This document shows, piece by piece, positions 1 through 9,239 of a DNA stretch of 32,000 nt (position 1 is the stretch's first letter; each line of letters opens with the position of its first letter). Source of the stretch: Candidatus Heimdallarchaeota archaeon (GTDB lineage: Archaea > Asgardarchaeota > Heimdallarchaeia > Heimdallarchaeales > Heimdallarchaeaceae); the NCBI GenBank assembly GCA_030668875.1, contig DAOVER010000031.1:1-32000 (forward strand). The letters are read 5' to 3'. Under the pieces are notes generated by a model. The model worked only from the letters and a program-made list of their open reading frames with translations. It was not told the origin of the DNA and searched no databases. Position numbers and translations under genes: made by a program.

Positions 1-997
1 TGGTCTCCACCTTTATCCCTTGTTCTGCTCCTTTGTACTTTAGGATCTCAATGATTTTCAGGAAGGGGATGGTGACGAACATCTGGGTGGTTTTTTTCCA
101 GAAATGTACCCCTTGTTTCCACAAAGGGTTGTAGCCTATCACCACTTCATGGAGCCCTCGTTCGACCCAAAGGTCAACCAGATACTTGGTTAATTTGTGG
201 ATAGCATCATTCAGTTTCCTTCTCCACTTCTCTTTGAGCTTATAGTAAGCTGGGTCATACTTTAAACGATTATTCGATTGCAGTTGTTTTCTCTGCTGCT
301 GACTATACTGTAGTTGTAATTTCTTCTGTTCTTTCAAATAATATTGTGTAATTGATTTTATTCCTTTCCCTGCATCTTTGATAACAATCGGTCTTCCTCC
401 GAGGTTATCCACGAAAGTGGCAAGGTTGTCCATCCCTAGATCTATCGCTCCTTTTCTGATCATCTTTTTCCTAAGATTTGGTATACTCTTGAGATAAACA
501 ATTTCAAGGGTATAGTGTGTTCTTCGAGGAATAACTCTCACTTCTCTTAGCTCTGTCTGAGCTATTAATCTTGTCTTGTAGGTATACTTCACTTTCTTCG
601 GTAACACTAGCCATCCATTAATTATCTTCGCCTGTTGATTGGTGAAGATGGCTACTACTTCCCCATCCTTCTTTTTGTAGTTAGGTTGCTTAGGCATGGC
701 AAACAACAAGCTGGGATCCTTTTTCCACTCTTGTTTAGCTCGGAAATAGCTCTTCCAGTTCCTACTTAGGAGTTTAAGTGTCTGTTGTGCAACATGGGCT
801 GGAAGGGCTCTGTAGCACTCCTCCTGTTTCAATTGTCTGTCAAGATCGTAGTAAAAAAGAAGTTTGTTTGTTTGCTTCAAAGAGGTTTTTATCAGAAAAT
901 TTGCTCGATTATAGAGATTTTTTGCTTGATGACAGATTCTGCTTAATGCTGGATGATACTCCACTTCTATACGTTCTGCACGCAGTACCTTTGCCAT
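1..997 (-). CDS. tnpB: TnpB RNA-guided endonuclease (IS200/IS605 OrfB family), 3' end truncated by window edge
   Basis: Manual translation of the minus strand from ATG at 997 is open to position 1 (332 codons): MAKVLRAERIEVEYHPALSRICHQAKNLYNRANF...ALPAHVAQQTLKLLSRNWKSYF...KGAIDLGMDNLATF (RuvC-I)...DAIHKLTKYLV...EVVIGYNPLWKQ...FVTIPFLKIIEILKYKGAEQGIKVET. These motifs are typical of OrfB/TnpB. Not in the ORF track because its stop lies outside the window. Confidence 0.92.
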   Translation of the reverse strand, partial: MAKVLRAERIEVEYHPALSRICHQAKNLYNRANFLIKTSLKQTNKLLFYYDLDRQLKQEECYRALPAHVAQQTLKLLSRNWKSYFRAKQEWKKDPSLLFAMPKQPNYKKKDGEVVAIFTNQQAKIINGWLVLPKKVKYTYKTRLIAQTELREVRVIPRRTHYTLEIVYLKSIPNLRKKMIRKGAIDLGMDNLATFVDNLGGRPIVIKDAGKGIKSITQYYLKEQKKLQLQYSQQQRKQLQSNNRLKYDPAYYKLKEKWRRKLNDAIHKLTKYLVDLWVERGLHEVVIGYNPLWKQGVHFWKKTTQMFVTIPFLKIIEILKYKGAEQGIKVET

Positions 998-1100
998 CCA
1001 TAGTTAACCCAGAGTTCACTATAAAAACACCCGTACTATCACTAAAATGTAACTCAATTTACACACTAATAAGACAAAAAGACAAAAGCATATCATAAAT
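1..1100 (-). mobile_element. IS200/IS605-family (IS1341-like, tnpB-only as far as visible) element; left boundary approximate
   Basis: Contains tnpB. Only 172 nt separate the tnpB start from the divergent drg start, so no tnpA fits upstream. The segment looks more GC-rich than its flanks (24/60 GC in the first line). The exact end could not be fixed. Confidence 0.6.
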
Positions 1101-1169
1101 AGTTAATCTTAAAGAGATTAGCAATAAAATTACTTTCAGACAAATACTTTACTGGAAAGTGAGAGAAAC

Positions 1170-2288
1170 ATGAGCTCCACTGTAGATGACAAAATTCGTG
1201 ATATAGAGGAACAAATTAAGCAAACTCAAAAAAACAAGTCTACTGAGCATCACATAGGTATGCTTAAAGCTAAAATAGCTAAATTGAGAAGAAGAAAACT
1301 CGAGATTCAGTTTTCTTCAAGTTCCGCTAAAGGGTACGGATTTGATATTAGAAAAACTGGTGATGGTACTGTTGTTCTCATAGGATTTCCATCAACTGGT
1401 AAATCTACCTTGATTTCTTCAATTACAGGTGCACAATCAAAAGTGGGAGCTTATGCATTTACTACCACAAAAGCAATACCAGGAGTGATGTTTCATAAAG
1501 GCACTCAGATACAAATTGTAGACCTTCCAGGGATTATTGAAGATGCAAGTATAGGAAAAGGGAGAGGGAAGGAAATTCTCGCTGTAGCAAGAGGCTCTGA
1601 CATGATTTTATTACTGCTAGAGCCGAAAGATACTACTAAATACTTTGACAAAGTCATTATAGAATTAAACAAAGTAGCAATTCGTCCAGGTATGGTAGAA
1701 CCTATTATAATCATCAAGAAAGAGGATAGAGGAGGAATAGCTCTGTCAACTATAAGAAGACTTACCCACATGACAGAAAAAACATTCAAGGGCATTCTTA
1801 GAGAGTATAAAGTAATTAACGCATCAGTTACTGTTCGTAGTGATCCAACCATAGATCAATTAATTGATGTTCTAGAAGGTAATAGGGTTTATCCAAAGAT
1901 TCTCGTTGTTGTTAATAAAATTGATTTGTTCAGTAATAAACAGAAAAGATTAATTCAAAAACACTTTCCTGACGCAATTTTCATTAGTGCCTTGACAGGA
2001 GAGAATCTCAAAGAATTAAAGGATAGAATAGTTGATAAACTTGAACTAATCAAGATTTATCTCAAAAAGCAGGGTAAAAAGACAGATTATGAAGAACCTT
2101 TAATTGTGAAAAAAAGATCCACAATAAAAGATGTTTGTGATAAAATTCACAGAAAATTTGCTACAGAATTTCGATACGCAGTGGTTTATGGACCAAGTGC
2201 AAAGCATGACAATCAGAGAGTTGGTCTAGAGCACATAGTTAGAGATGGTGATGTTGTTACCATCATCATGAACAAATACAAGTTTTGA
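1170..2288 (+). CDS. drg: DRG/OBG-family GTP-binding protein with C-terminal TGS domain
   Basis: N-terminal HIGMLKAKIAKLR, G1 GFPSTGKST, G2 YAFTT, G3 DLPG, G4 NKID, C-terminal TGS (RVGLEHIVRDGDVVTI). Confidence 0.95.
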   Translation: MSSTVDDKIRDIEEQIKQTQKNKSTEHHIGMLKAKIAKLRRRKLEIQFSSSSAKGYGFDIRKTGDGTVVLIGFPSTGKSTLISSITGAQSKVGAYAFTTTKAIPGVMFHKGTQIQIVDLPGIIEDASIGKGRGKEILAVARGSDMILLLLEPKDTTKYFDKVIIELNKVAIRPGMVEPIIIIKKEDRGGIALSTIRRLTHMTEKTFKGILREYKVINASVTVRSDPTIDQLIDVLEGNRVYPKILVVVNKIDLFSNKQKRLIQKHFPDAIFISALTGENLKELKDRIVDKLELIKIYLKKQGKKTDYEEPLIVKKRSTIKDVCDKIHRKFATEFRYAVVYGPSAKHDNQRVGLEHIVRDGDVVTIIMNKYKF

Positions 2289-2297
2289 ATATCTTAG

Positions 2298-3857
2298 TTA
2301 TTTTTTGAATTTTATTTCCCCACCTACAATTGTATAAACTATATCAACAGCGTGAAATTCTTCTAATTGTATTTCATCGAGATTCTTATTTAGGATAACA
2401 ATGTCTGCCAACTTACCAGAACTCAATGTACCTTTCACAGTTTCTTCTCTAGAAGCAATTGCAGGATTCAATGTATAACACTGGATAGCTTCTTCCAAGG
2501 TTAGTCGTAATTCAGGATTGGGATGATAGATTGCTCCTTTGATACCATAAAGAGGACCTAAAGGCATTCCATCACTACCAAATATTAGCAATAAATCTTC
2601 ATCCAAAATCCATCTGAATGGATTATTTATCAAGGTTCTTTCTCTCCCAAGTCTTTGTTCATACATACTATTTACATCAACCATTCCCCAACGCCAAACA
2701 AAGTTAGGTTGCATAGAAAATATTATTCCATGAGATTTTGCCCTTTCAACATCTTCTTTCCTAAGAATTTCTGCATGTTCTATACGATGGAGAGCTTTCT
2801 TTGATTCTTCAGGATCAATGTTTTCTACTATTGCGGAAATGAGGTTACTAACTGCCTTATCGCCTATAGCATGAGCTGCAAGTTGCAATTTGTTTTCATG
2901 CACTAGTGTAACCATTTCCTTCAGTTTTCCTTCATCATAGAGAGCAAATCCTTTTTCTCCTAGTTTATCGAGATATTCTTCATAAAGGTAAGCAGTTCGT
3001 GTACTTATTGCTCCATCTGTCATCAGTTTACATGCGCCTATCCTGAACCATTTATCTCCAAAATCTCGATCAAGACCAAGCTTTATTGTTTCAGATATCA
3101 TATCCTCATAGATGATACTATATACTCGTATAGGCAGCTTTTTCTCTTTTATAAGATGCAAATAAGCTGGTAGAACCTCATATGTAATATTATCATGAAT
3201 TGAGGTTATACCAAGAGATAATGCTTCTTCTATACCTAATTCCAGACCTCTAACAAACATATCAGGAGTGGGTTTTATATCTGATTTATTGGAAAGATCA
3301 ACATCTCTCAAAATACCAGTAATCTCTCCTTTTTCATTTAAATCTACTCCAAGTTGGTCTTTTGATAATTCAAGTCTTTCAAATCCAAGAGAGTTTACAG
3401 CAACTGAGTGACCCGATACATGACGAAGAATAACAGGATTGTCTGGACTGATTGGGTCAAGATCAGCAGCTGTAATATAACGTTGTGTTGTCCAGTTGCT
3501 TTGATCCCAAGCTCTACCTATTATCCATTCTCCTTTCTCTTTTGGTGCAATATCTTCTTTAACCAAATCCAGTACTTCTTCAAGACTCTTTGCTTCTCGG
3601 AGGTCTAAATAGATTTTATTCAACCCAGTCCAAGCGATGTGAGTATGAGCATCGATAAAACCAGGTAGAATTGTATTGCCTTTAGCATCAATTATAGCTG
3701 TCCCAGAACCTATCAACGGTTCAATTTCATCTTTATTCCCAATTTTTACTATTGTATCAGAAAAAACTGCTAAAGATTCAGCTCTTGGTTTTTCTTCATC
3801 AAATGTCCATATATTTGCATTTGTAATTACAAGGTTTGCATGAAGCTTACTGTGCAT
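2298..3857 (-). CDS. Amidohydrolase family 3 (YtcJ-like) metal-dependent hydrolase
   Basis: PGFIDAHTH (HxH), KLMTDG, AHAIGD, RIEHA, FGSDG, KGTLSSGKLADIVIL. Confidence 0.9.
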   Translation of the reverse strand: MHSKLHANLVITNANIWTFDEEKPRAESLAVFSDTIVKIGNKDEIEPLIGSGTAIIDAKGNTILPGFIDAHTHIAWTGLNKIYLDLREAKSLEEVLDLVKEDIAPKEKGEWIIGRAWDQSNWTTQRYITAADLDPISPDNPVILRHVSGHSVAVNSLGFERLELSKDQLGVDLNEKGEITGILRDVDLSNKSDIKPTPDMFVRGLELGIEEALSLGITSIHDNITYEVLPAYLHLIKEKKLPIRVYSIIYEDMISETIKLGLDRDFGDKWFRIGACKLMTDGAISTRTAYLYEEYLDKLGEKGFALYDEGKLKEMVTLVHENKLQLAAHAIGDKAVSNLISAIVENIDPEESKKALHRIEHAEILRKEDVERAKSHGIIFSMQPNFVWRWGMVDVNSMYEQRLGRERTLINNPFRWILDEDLLLIFGSDGMPLGPLYGIKGAIYHPNPELRLTLEEAIQCYTLNPAIASREETVKGTLSSGKLADIVILNKNLDEIQLEEFHAVDIVYTIVGGEIKFKK

Positions 3858-3937
3858 AAATCATCGGTAAAGAGGGGATATAATAATTTTACTTCAGATG
3901 GATGTTACAAAAATAGAATGTGTGTTTAGTTCTACAC

Positions 3938-3953
3938 AAAAAAAAGTTATATA
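3938..3953 (+). promoter_or_regulatory. Archaeal BRE/TATA box for DUF362 gene
   Basis: AAAAAAAAGTTATATA ending 28 nt upstream of ATG 3982. Confidence 0.55.
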
Positions 3954-3981
3954 GAACATCAACAATTTTTTATTGAATACC

Positions 3982-4877
3982 ATGTCTAAACTCGCTTTGG
4001 TAATAAATCAAAATAGAGAGGAAGGGACTGTTCAAGCAATAGATCTTTTAGGAGAAAATAAAATTGAAGGGAAAAATGTTGTATTAAAACCAAATTTCAA
4101 CACAGCAGATCCTGCTCCCGGATCAACGGATATAATTACATTAAGATCATTAATTGTAAAACTGAAAGAGATGGGAGCAAAATCAATCACTCTTGCTGAG
4201 AGAAGTGGTCCATTAGATACACGAAAGTGTATGGAAGAGAAGGGGATATTTGAATTAGCTGAAGAATTAGATTTTCAAATAATTAATCTTGCAGAAGTAG
4301 GTGTAGAAGAATATATACAATTAGACCAAAGGATAGTTACTGGAAAGATGGATTTCTATTTGCCAAAATTTTTCATGGGGCAGAATGTATTGTTGAAACT
4401 TGTTGCTTGAAAACCCATCAATATGGGGGGCATTTTACTTTATCACTCAAAAACGCTGTAGGTCTAGTACCTAAAAGGAATCTAAATGGCAATTCATATA
4501 TGAGAGAGTTACATAGCTCACCAAATCAGCGCAAGCTAATTGCAGATATAAATAGCGCCTTCTCTCCTGATTTGATAGTTCTAGATGGAGTTACTGCATT
4601 TGTAGATGGAGGGCCAGCTGTTGGAACGAGAAAAGAAGCTAATGTCATCTTAGCAAGCAAAGATCGGATAGCAATAGATGCTGTTGGGGTTGCTATCCTA
4701 AGAATATTGGGTACAACAGTTGAAGTAAACAGAGCGTCAATTTTTGAACAAGAGCAGATTGCTAGAGCTGTTGAACTTAATCTAGGAGTAGCAAAACCAG
4801 ACGAAATTGAAATAATAACAGACTCAAAAGAAGCTGAAAAATTAGCAGAACAAATTATGACAAAACTTCAAGAATAA
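3982..4877 (+). pseudogene. DUF362 domain protein split by a 1-nt frameshift (or sequencing error)
   Basis: Track ORFs 3973-4410 and 4407-4877 are two halves of one protein. The first has VVLKPN. From about 4326 the -1 frame reads PKDSYWKDGFLFAKIFHGAECIVETCCLKTHQYGGHFTLSLKN, the conserved DUF362 core. Adding one base near 4326 restores a single ORF of about 300 aa. Confidence 0.8.
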
Positions 4878-4951
4878 CAATCTGATTATTCTTTTCTTCA
4901 CTTTGGTCGTTTCAGCAATATTTTAAACTAGGTGTTGATTTTAATAATAGA

Positions 4952-6358
4952 ATGCCTGAAAGTGAAGTTTTACCTGAAACAGTATCTGTCTATTCTGTTC
5001 AAGGTAGAGGCTTCAAAGCCAGGGATTTTCTTAAAACTAAAGAAACTAGAGAAGTCCTAGCATTCATAACATCACAATTTCTATGTTTTGCTATTTATAT
5101 GTCAGTACGACAGTTATTTCCCCTTTATCTTCAAAAACAGTACGGGATTTCTGAAGCTGAAGTTCTAATAAAATGGGGAATCATTGTAACTGCTTATACA
5201 TTTACAGGTCTTATAGCAAGGATACCCAGTGGATGGATTATAGAAAAAGTAGGAAGAAAACCAGCTGTGATGTCATCTTACATCATAATGACAATAGCTG
5301 TTGGGTGTTTAACTTTAACAGATAATACTGCAATGCTAGCACTAATATTTGTCTTTCTACGTTTAACAAACAACATTTTTGGACTTGCAAGTCGATCCCT
5401 ATTAGCAGACATAAAATCACCACACAAAGGGATATACAACTCTTTGGTTTCAAGTTCTGGTAGGTTTGGAACGCTTATAGGTTCGGTTGGATTAGGCTTT
5501 GTTTTACAGTTTCTCCCCACTTATTTTATGATAATAGTTGCGTTAATTTTATCGATTATTGGCTTAATTGCATTCAAGTTGCTTTTTGTAAAGGGGGGAG
5601 GAGAAACGGTACATTTTATCAGAAGAGTTGACGTGAAAAGTGGACATAAAGAGAAATTTGATTTCAAAGTTTTCAAATCAAGTACGTTAATTTTCTTTGT
5701 ATTCGCTTTTATTTTGTATGGATTGATTTCAGGTGTAACGGATCCTATTATGGCCCTTTATGGTAAAAATGTATTAAACTTATCAGAGGGGTACATAGGT
5801 TTACTTCTAGGGTTATCACAACTTAGTTTCATACTTATTTCACCAATCATTGGATGGCTTATTTCTAACAAACCAAGACTAATGAATTATTTACTAGTAT
5901 TTTCAGCATTTATTATCTTAAGTAATTACCTTCTAATTTACTTCTTCTATGATATCGTTGGGGCGTATATTGCTGCATTATTCATTAAAAACATAGCTCA
6001 CGCACTCTTCTTTCCGGTTGTGTTTACTATTCTCACCTATGATTTACCAAAAGCACATTTTTCAATTTTGTACTCTATAATTACCACAGGTTTCTTTTTG
6101 GGAAATACAGGAACTTCGTTTTTGTCTACTTATCTTTACGGTTATTCAGGAAGATACCCTTCAGAGTTCTTTTTAGGAAATATAGGAACATCATTTTTAT
6201 CCAATTATCTTTATAGTTTTTCGGAGAGATACCCCTGGCTAATTTCGGAGAGATACCCCTGGTTAGCTGCAGTGATTATTAGTTCTGTATTACTTTGTTT
6301 ATCATTAGCATATTGTATCTATAAGCGTGTTAAGCTGGGAAAAGCACAATCACTGTGA
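4952..6358 (+). CDS. Major facilitator superfamily transporter
   Basis: About 12 hydrophobic segments, motif A-like GWIIEKVGRK, two-fold repeat organisation. Confidence 0.88.
   Translation: MPESEVLPETVSVYSVQGRGFKARDFLKTKETREVLAFITSQFLCFAIYMSVRQLFPLYLQKQYGISEAEVLIKWGIIVTAYTFTGLIARIPSGWIIEKVGRKPAVMSSYIIMTIAVGCLTLTDNTAMLALIFVFLRLTNNIFGLASRSLLADIKSPHKGIYNSLVSSSGRFGTLIGSVGLGFVLQFLPTYFMIIVALILSIIGLIAFKLLFVKGGGETVHFIRRVDVKSGHKEKFDFKVFKSSTLIFFVFAFILYGLISGVTDPIMALYGKNVLNLSEGYIGLLLGLSQLSFILISPIIGWLISNKPRLMNYLLVFSAFIILSNYLLIYFFYDIVGAYIAALFIKNIAHALFFPVVFTILTYDLPKAHFSILYSIITTGFFLGNTGTSFLSTYLYGYSGRYPSEFFLGNIGTSFLSNYLYSFSERYPWLISERYPWLAAVIISSVLLCLSLAYCIYKRVKLGKAQSL
6092..6235 (+). repeat. Diverged in-frame tandem duplication, 69-nt units with 75-nt period, inside the MFS gene
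   Basis: 6092-6160 encodes FFLGNTGTSFLSTYLYGYSGRYP; 6167-6235 encodes FFLGNIGTSFLSNYLYSFSERYP. Confidence 0.9.
6219..6262 (+). repeat. Exact 20-nt direct repeat, 24-nt period, in frame
   Basis: tttcggagagatacccctgg at 6219-6238 and 6243-6262 (SERYPWLI/SERYPWLA). Confidence 0.95.
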
Positions 6359-6410
6359 TTTTGCATGATTATTTTGCTGTGCTTATATAGCCCTCTTAAT
6401 ATAAAATACT

Positions 6411-7499
6411 GTGTCAATAGAGATATCTAACTTATGCAAAACCTACACCAAAAAAGGAAAGGAAATCAAAGCATTAGATAATATCTCACTTAATATTAAG
6501 GAAGGAGAATTTGTCGGATTATTAGGTCCCAATGGAGCCGGCAAGACAACTCTTTCCAAAATTCTTTCAACTCTTTTATTACCTTCCTCTGGAGAAGCAT
6601 TCATAGATGGTGTATCCATTATTGAAGATAAAAAGATAAGAGGTATGGTAGGTTCAGTTTTTGGAGAAACAGGTGGAAGAAGTTTATATTATCGATTATC
6701 AGTAAAGGATAATTTACTGTTTTACGGAACATTATATGGTATTCAAAAAACTGAGATTAAGAAAAGAATCAATTCTTTATTGAAATATTTTGATCTTACT
6801 GAAAGAAAGGATACTTTGGTTATGAAACTCTCCACAGGAATGAAAGCGAAAGTATTACTAATTAGAGCTCTTATCACATTTCCCAAAATACTTTTATTAG
6901 ATGAACCTACATTGGGGTTTGATGCTGAAAGCTCTGAGAAGGCAAAGGATTTGCTATTAGAGTTTAACAGAGAGTTTGGAACTTCAGTTCTCTTAACCAG
7001 TCATAATTTCTCAGAAATCGACGAACTAACATCAAGATTGCTTCTAATTGATGATGGTCATCTGATTCAAGATTGTTCTCCCGATTTATTTAAAAAATCA
7101 GCAGGTCACCAGTATGTTCATATCATTTTTTCTCTACCACCTCTACCATCAAAATCCCTTCACATTTCAAAAATGCCTACGGAGATTTTTGCGAAAATGG
7201 TAAATGATTCAGCTGGAGCCGAAATCATTTCCTTAGAACAACAAGATAATCACAATTTCATTTATGAAGCTAAGATTAAACCTATGTCTTACACATTCAA
7301 TGAAACCATATCGAGAATAACTGTTCTCATTCTTAGAGCAAAAGGAGAAATTTTTCAAATTGTTCCACACATGCCCTCTCTAAAGGAGTCGTTTTTATCC
7401 TTTCTTGAAATCAATAAGCAGAAAGAAGAAATACAAGCTCGAACAATCGAGGAGATTTTTACTATACCTTTACGAGAGGAGGATAACTATAGCTCATGA
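6411..7499 (+). CDS. ABC-2 type exporter ATP-binding subunit (DrrA-like)
   Basis: Walker A GPNGAGKTT, signature LSTGM, Walker B LLLDEP, H-loop TSH; GTG start. Confidence 0.9.
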   Translation: MSIEISNLCKTYTKKGKEIKALDNISLNIKEGEFVGLLGPNGAGKTTLSKILSTLLLPSSGEAFIDGVSIIEDKKIRGMVGSVFGETGGRSLYYRLSVKDNLLFYGTLYGIQKTEIKKRINSLLKYFDLTERKDTLVMKLSTGMKAKVLLIRALITFPKILLLDEPTLGFDAESSEKAKDLLLEFNREFGTSVLLTSHNFSEIDELTSRLLLIDDGHLIQDCSPDLFKKSAGHQYVHIIFSLPPLPSKSLHISKMPTEIFAKMVNDSAGAEIISLEQQDNHNFIYEAKIKPMSYTFNETISRITVLILRAKGEIFQIVPHMPSLKESFLSFLEINKQKEEIQARTIEEIFTIPLREEDNYSS

Positions 7500-7509
7500 T
7501 ATACAAAAG

Positions 7510-8352
7510 GTGATTTCTACATTTAAATCATCAGAGAAGAACAGTAAATCAATTTCAAGAATGTATGCAATTGCAGCTGTTAAGGTTAAAATGAGTTTGA
7601 GCTATAAAAGTAGTTACTTGATTGTACTCTTTCTAAACTTAGTAACAATTACCATGTACTTCTTCTTTAGTAAACTCAATCCTGACTTGGAAATTTTTGG
7701 TATATCAGCTTCCTATTTTGAATTTGTCTTTATAGGGTTAGCTCTGCAATTTATTGTAGGAACAAGTTTAGCAACCGTAAATGGATCAATATATAATGAG
7801 ATAGTATCCGGGACATGGTCATCCCTTCTTTTACACTTTAACTTCGCAGAGTATGCGATAGGAACTACTTTAGCAGGGACTTTCCTTGCCTCTTTTTCAA
7901 TTTTCATTTCTTTAGGAATATCTTATGCATTCTTTGGATTTTCCTTATCAGTTTCCGGAATTCAAATTCCTCTCATTTGTTTGCTTTTCTTACTGATTCT
8001 TCTTTCGCACATGACTATATCTATGATCTTCGCAGCATTTACTATATACTACCAGAAGAATAGTGGAATTGTACCATTACTTTATCAACTAACCAAAACT
8101 TTCAGTGGAATCGTTTTTCCAATTGCTCTTCTCAGTGGGTTTCCTACAGTTGTAGCTAGATCTTTACCACTCACTTATGGTCTGGAAGCACTTCATAATG
8201 TTATTTTATCAGAAAACATACAGTGGGAAATCATACAGAGGAATAGTTTGGTTCTCGCAGGCTTTATTATTAGTCTAGGAATCCTCTCTTTCATTTTCGT
8301 ATCAAAGAGCATTAAACATTCAAAAAAGCATAACAAGGTGGATTGGTATTGA
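7510..8352 (+). CDS. ABC-2 type exporter permease (start uncertain; frame open from 7405, GTG 7510 chosen)
   Basis: About 6 hydrophobic helices, EIVSGTWSSLL and FSGIVFPIALL...SLPLTYGLEAL ABC-2 membrane motifs. Confidence 0.82.
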   Translation: MISTFKSSEKNSKSISRMYAIAAVKVKMSLSYKSSYLIVLFLNLVTITMYFFFSKLNPDLEIFGISASYFEFVFIGLALQFIVGTSLATVNGSIYNEIVSGTWSSLLLHFNFAEYAIGTTLAGTFLASFSIFISLGISYAFFGFSLSVSGIQIPLICLLFLLILLSHMTISMIFAAFTIYYQKNSGIVPLLYQLTKTFSGIVFPIALLSGFPTVVARSLPLTYGLEALHNVILSENIQWEIIQRNSLVLAGFIISLGILSFIFVSKSIKHSKKHNKVDWY

Positions 8353-9236
8353 ACTTTCGTCAGACTCCCTCAAATGTCACTCAACAATTTATGCATGAAA
8401 ATGATTCTATTTCCTTTTATAGCGGATTGAAATCGGTTTTTCTTCGTAATCTTAAGATATTGTGGCAGTATAAATTCACGATAATTGTTGGTTTTGTAAA
8501 TACGCTGATTGCAGCCTCACTTTTTTATTATATTTCTTTACTTGTTCCTCAGAATACAATTACGCAGGATGGATATGTAGCTAGTAGTGTTTCATTTATC
8601 TTTGCAGGGGCAATGATAGTTGATATCTCAACGAAAATTCTGATGAAATCAATGAATAGTTTCACTAGTGAGATGAGACAAGGAACATTTGAAACTCTAT
8701 CGTGTTCACCTTTTGGTTTGAAGAGATATTTTCTTTCAGAAATTTCATTTGAAGTTGTTTATGGTCTAATAATTTCGATAATGAACTATATTCCTGTATT
8801 TTTGATCTTTCCTCTCTTCGTAGGACTCAAAATTTCTTGGAGTTCGCTACTTACCCTATTATTGCTATTGATTTGTATTCTCATTTTCTTCTTCTCTCTA
8901 TCACTTCTCGTAGCAAATTTTACAATTTTAGTAAAAAGAGGGAGAGAGATATCTATGGTTGTAGTAGGTTTAATACATCTCCTCAGCGGTAGCCTTTTCC
9001 CCTTAGATTTATTTCCTCAATGGTTAAGAGTTATTGCTTACTTTTCACCGATGACAATAGCTGTTAGAGCATGTCGTTTGTGTTTATTTGGGGATGGAAT
9101 CATAACTTCAGATATAGTATGGATTGCGATTGTAGCACTACTATTAGGTTCAGTACTCATCATATTTCTATTCAATTTTACTTACAAAAAAATATACAAC
9201 AGGATCAGGGAAAAGGGGACAGTTCATGAATTCTAA
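8349..9236 (+). CDS. ABC-2 type exporter permease, second subunit
   Basis: EMRQGTFETL and LSGSLFPLDLFP...PMTIAV motifs. TTG 8349 overlaps the upstream TGA (TTGA), with SD-like GGTGG upstream. Confidence 0.85.
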   Translation: MNFRQTPSNVTQQFMHENDSISFYSGLKSVFLRNLKILWQYKFTIIVGFVNTLIAASLFYYISLLVPQNTITQDGYVASSVSFIFAGAMIVDISTKILMKSMNSFTSEMRQGTFETLSCSPFGLKRYFLSEISFEVVYGLIISIMNYIPVFLIFPLFVGLKISWSSLLTLLLLLICILIFFFSLSLLVANFTILVKRGREISMVVVGLIHLLSGSLFPLDLFPQWLRVIAYFSPMTIAVRACRLCLFGDGIITSDIVWIAIVALLLGSVLIIFLFNFTYKKIYNRIREKGTVHEF

Positions 9237-9239
9237 GAT

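Noticed and set aside
778-1098. 106-aa + strand ORF in the track
   Set aside because: Mostly antisense to the 5' part of tnpB, with no recognisable motifs; a shadow ORF.
3915-3957. Overlapping short inverted repeats (tgtgt/acaca, gttcta/tagaac) near the DUF362 promoter
   Set aside because: Stems of 5-6 bp in AT-rich DNA are expected by chance; they cannot be supported as an operator.
4300-4410. Programmed -1 frameshift or selenocysteine read-through at TGA 4408 in DUF362
   Set aside because: No X-XXY-YYZ slippery heptamer at the junction. The conserved sequence lies in the other frame well before the TGA, so read-through would not restore the protein.
6219-6262. 20-nt direct repeat as a CRISPR array
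   Set aside because: Only two copies with a 4-nt spacer, in frame within a CDS, and no cas genes in the window.
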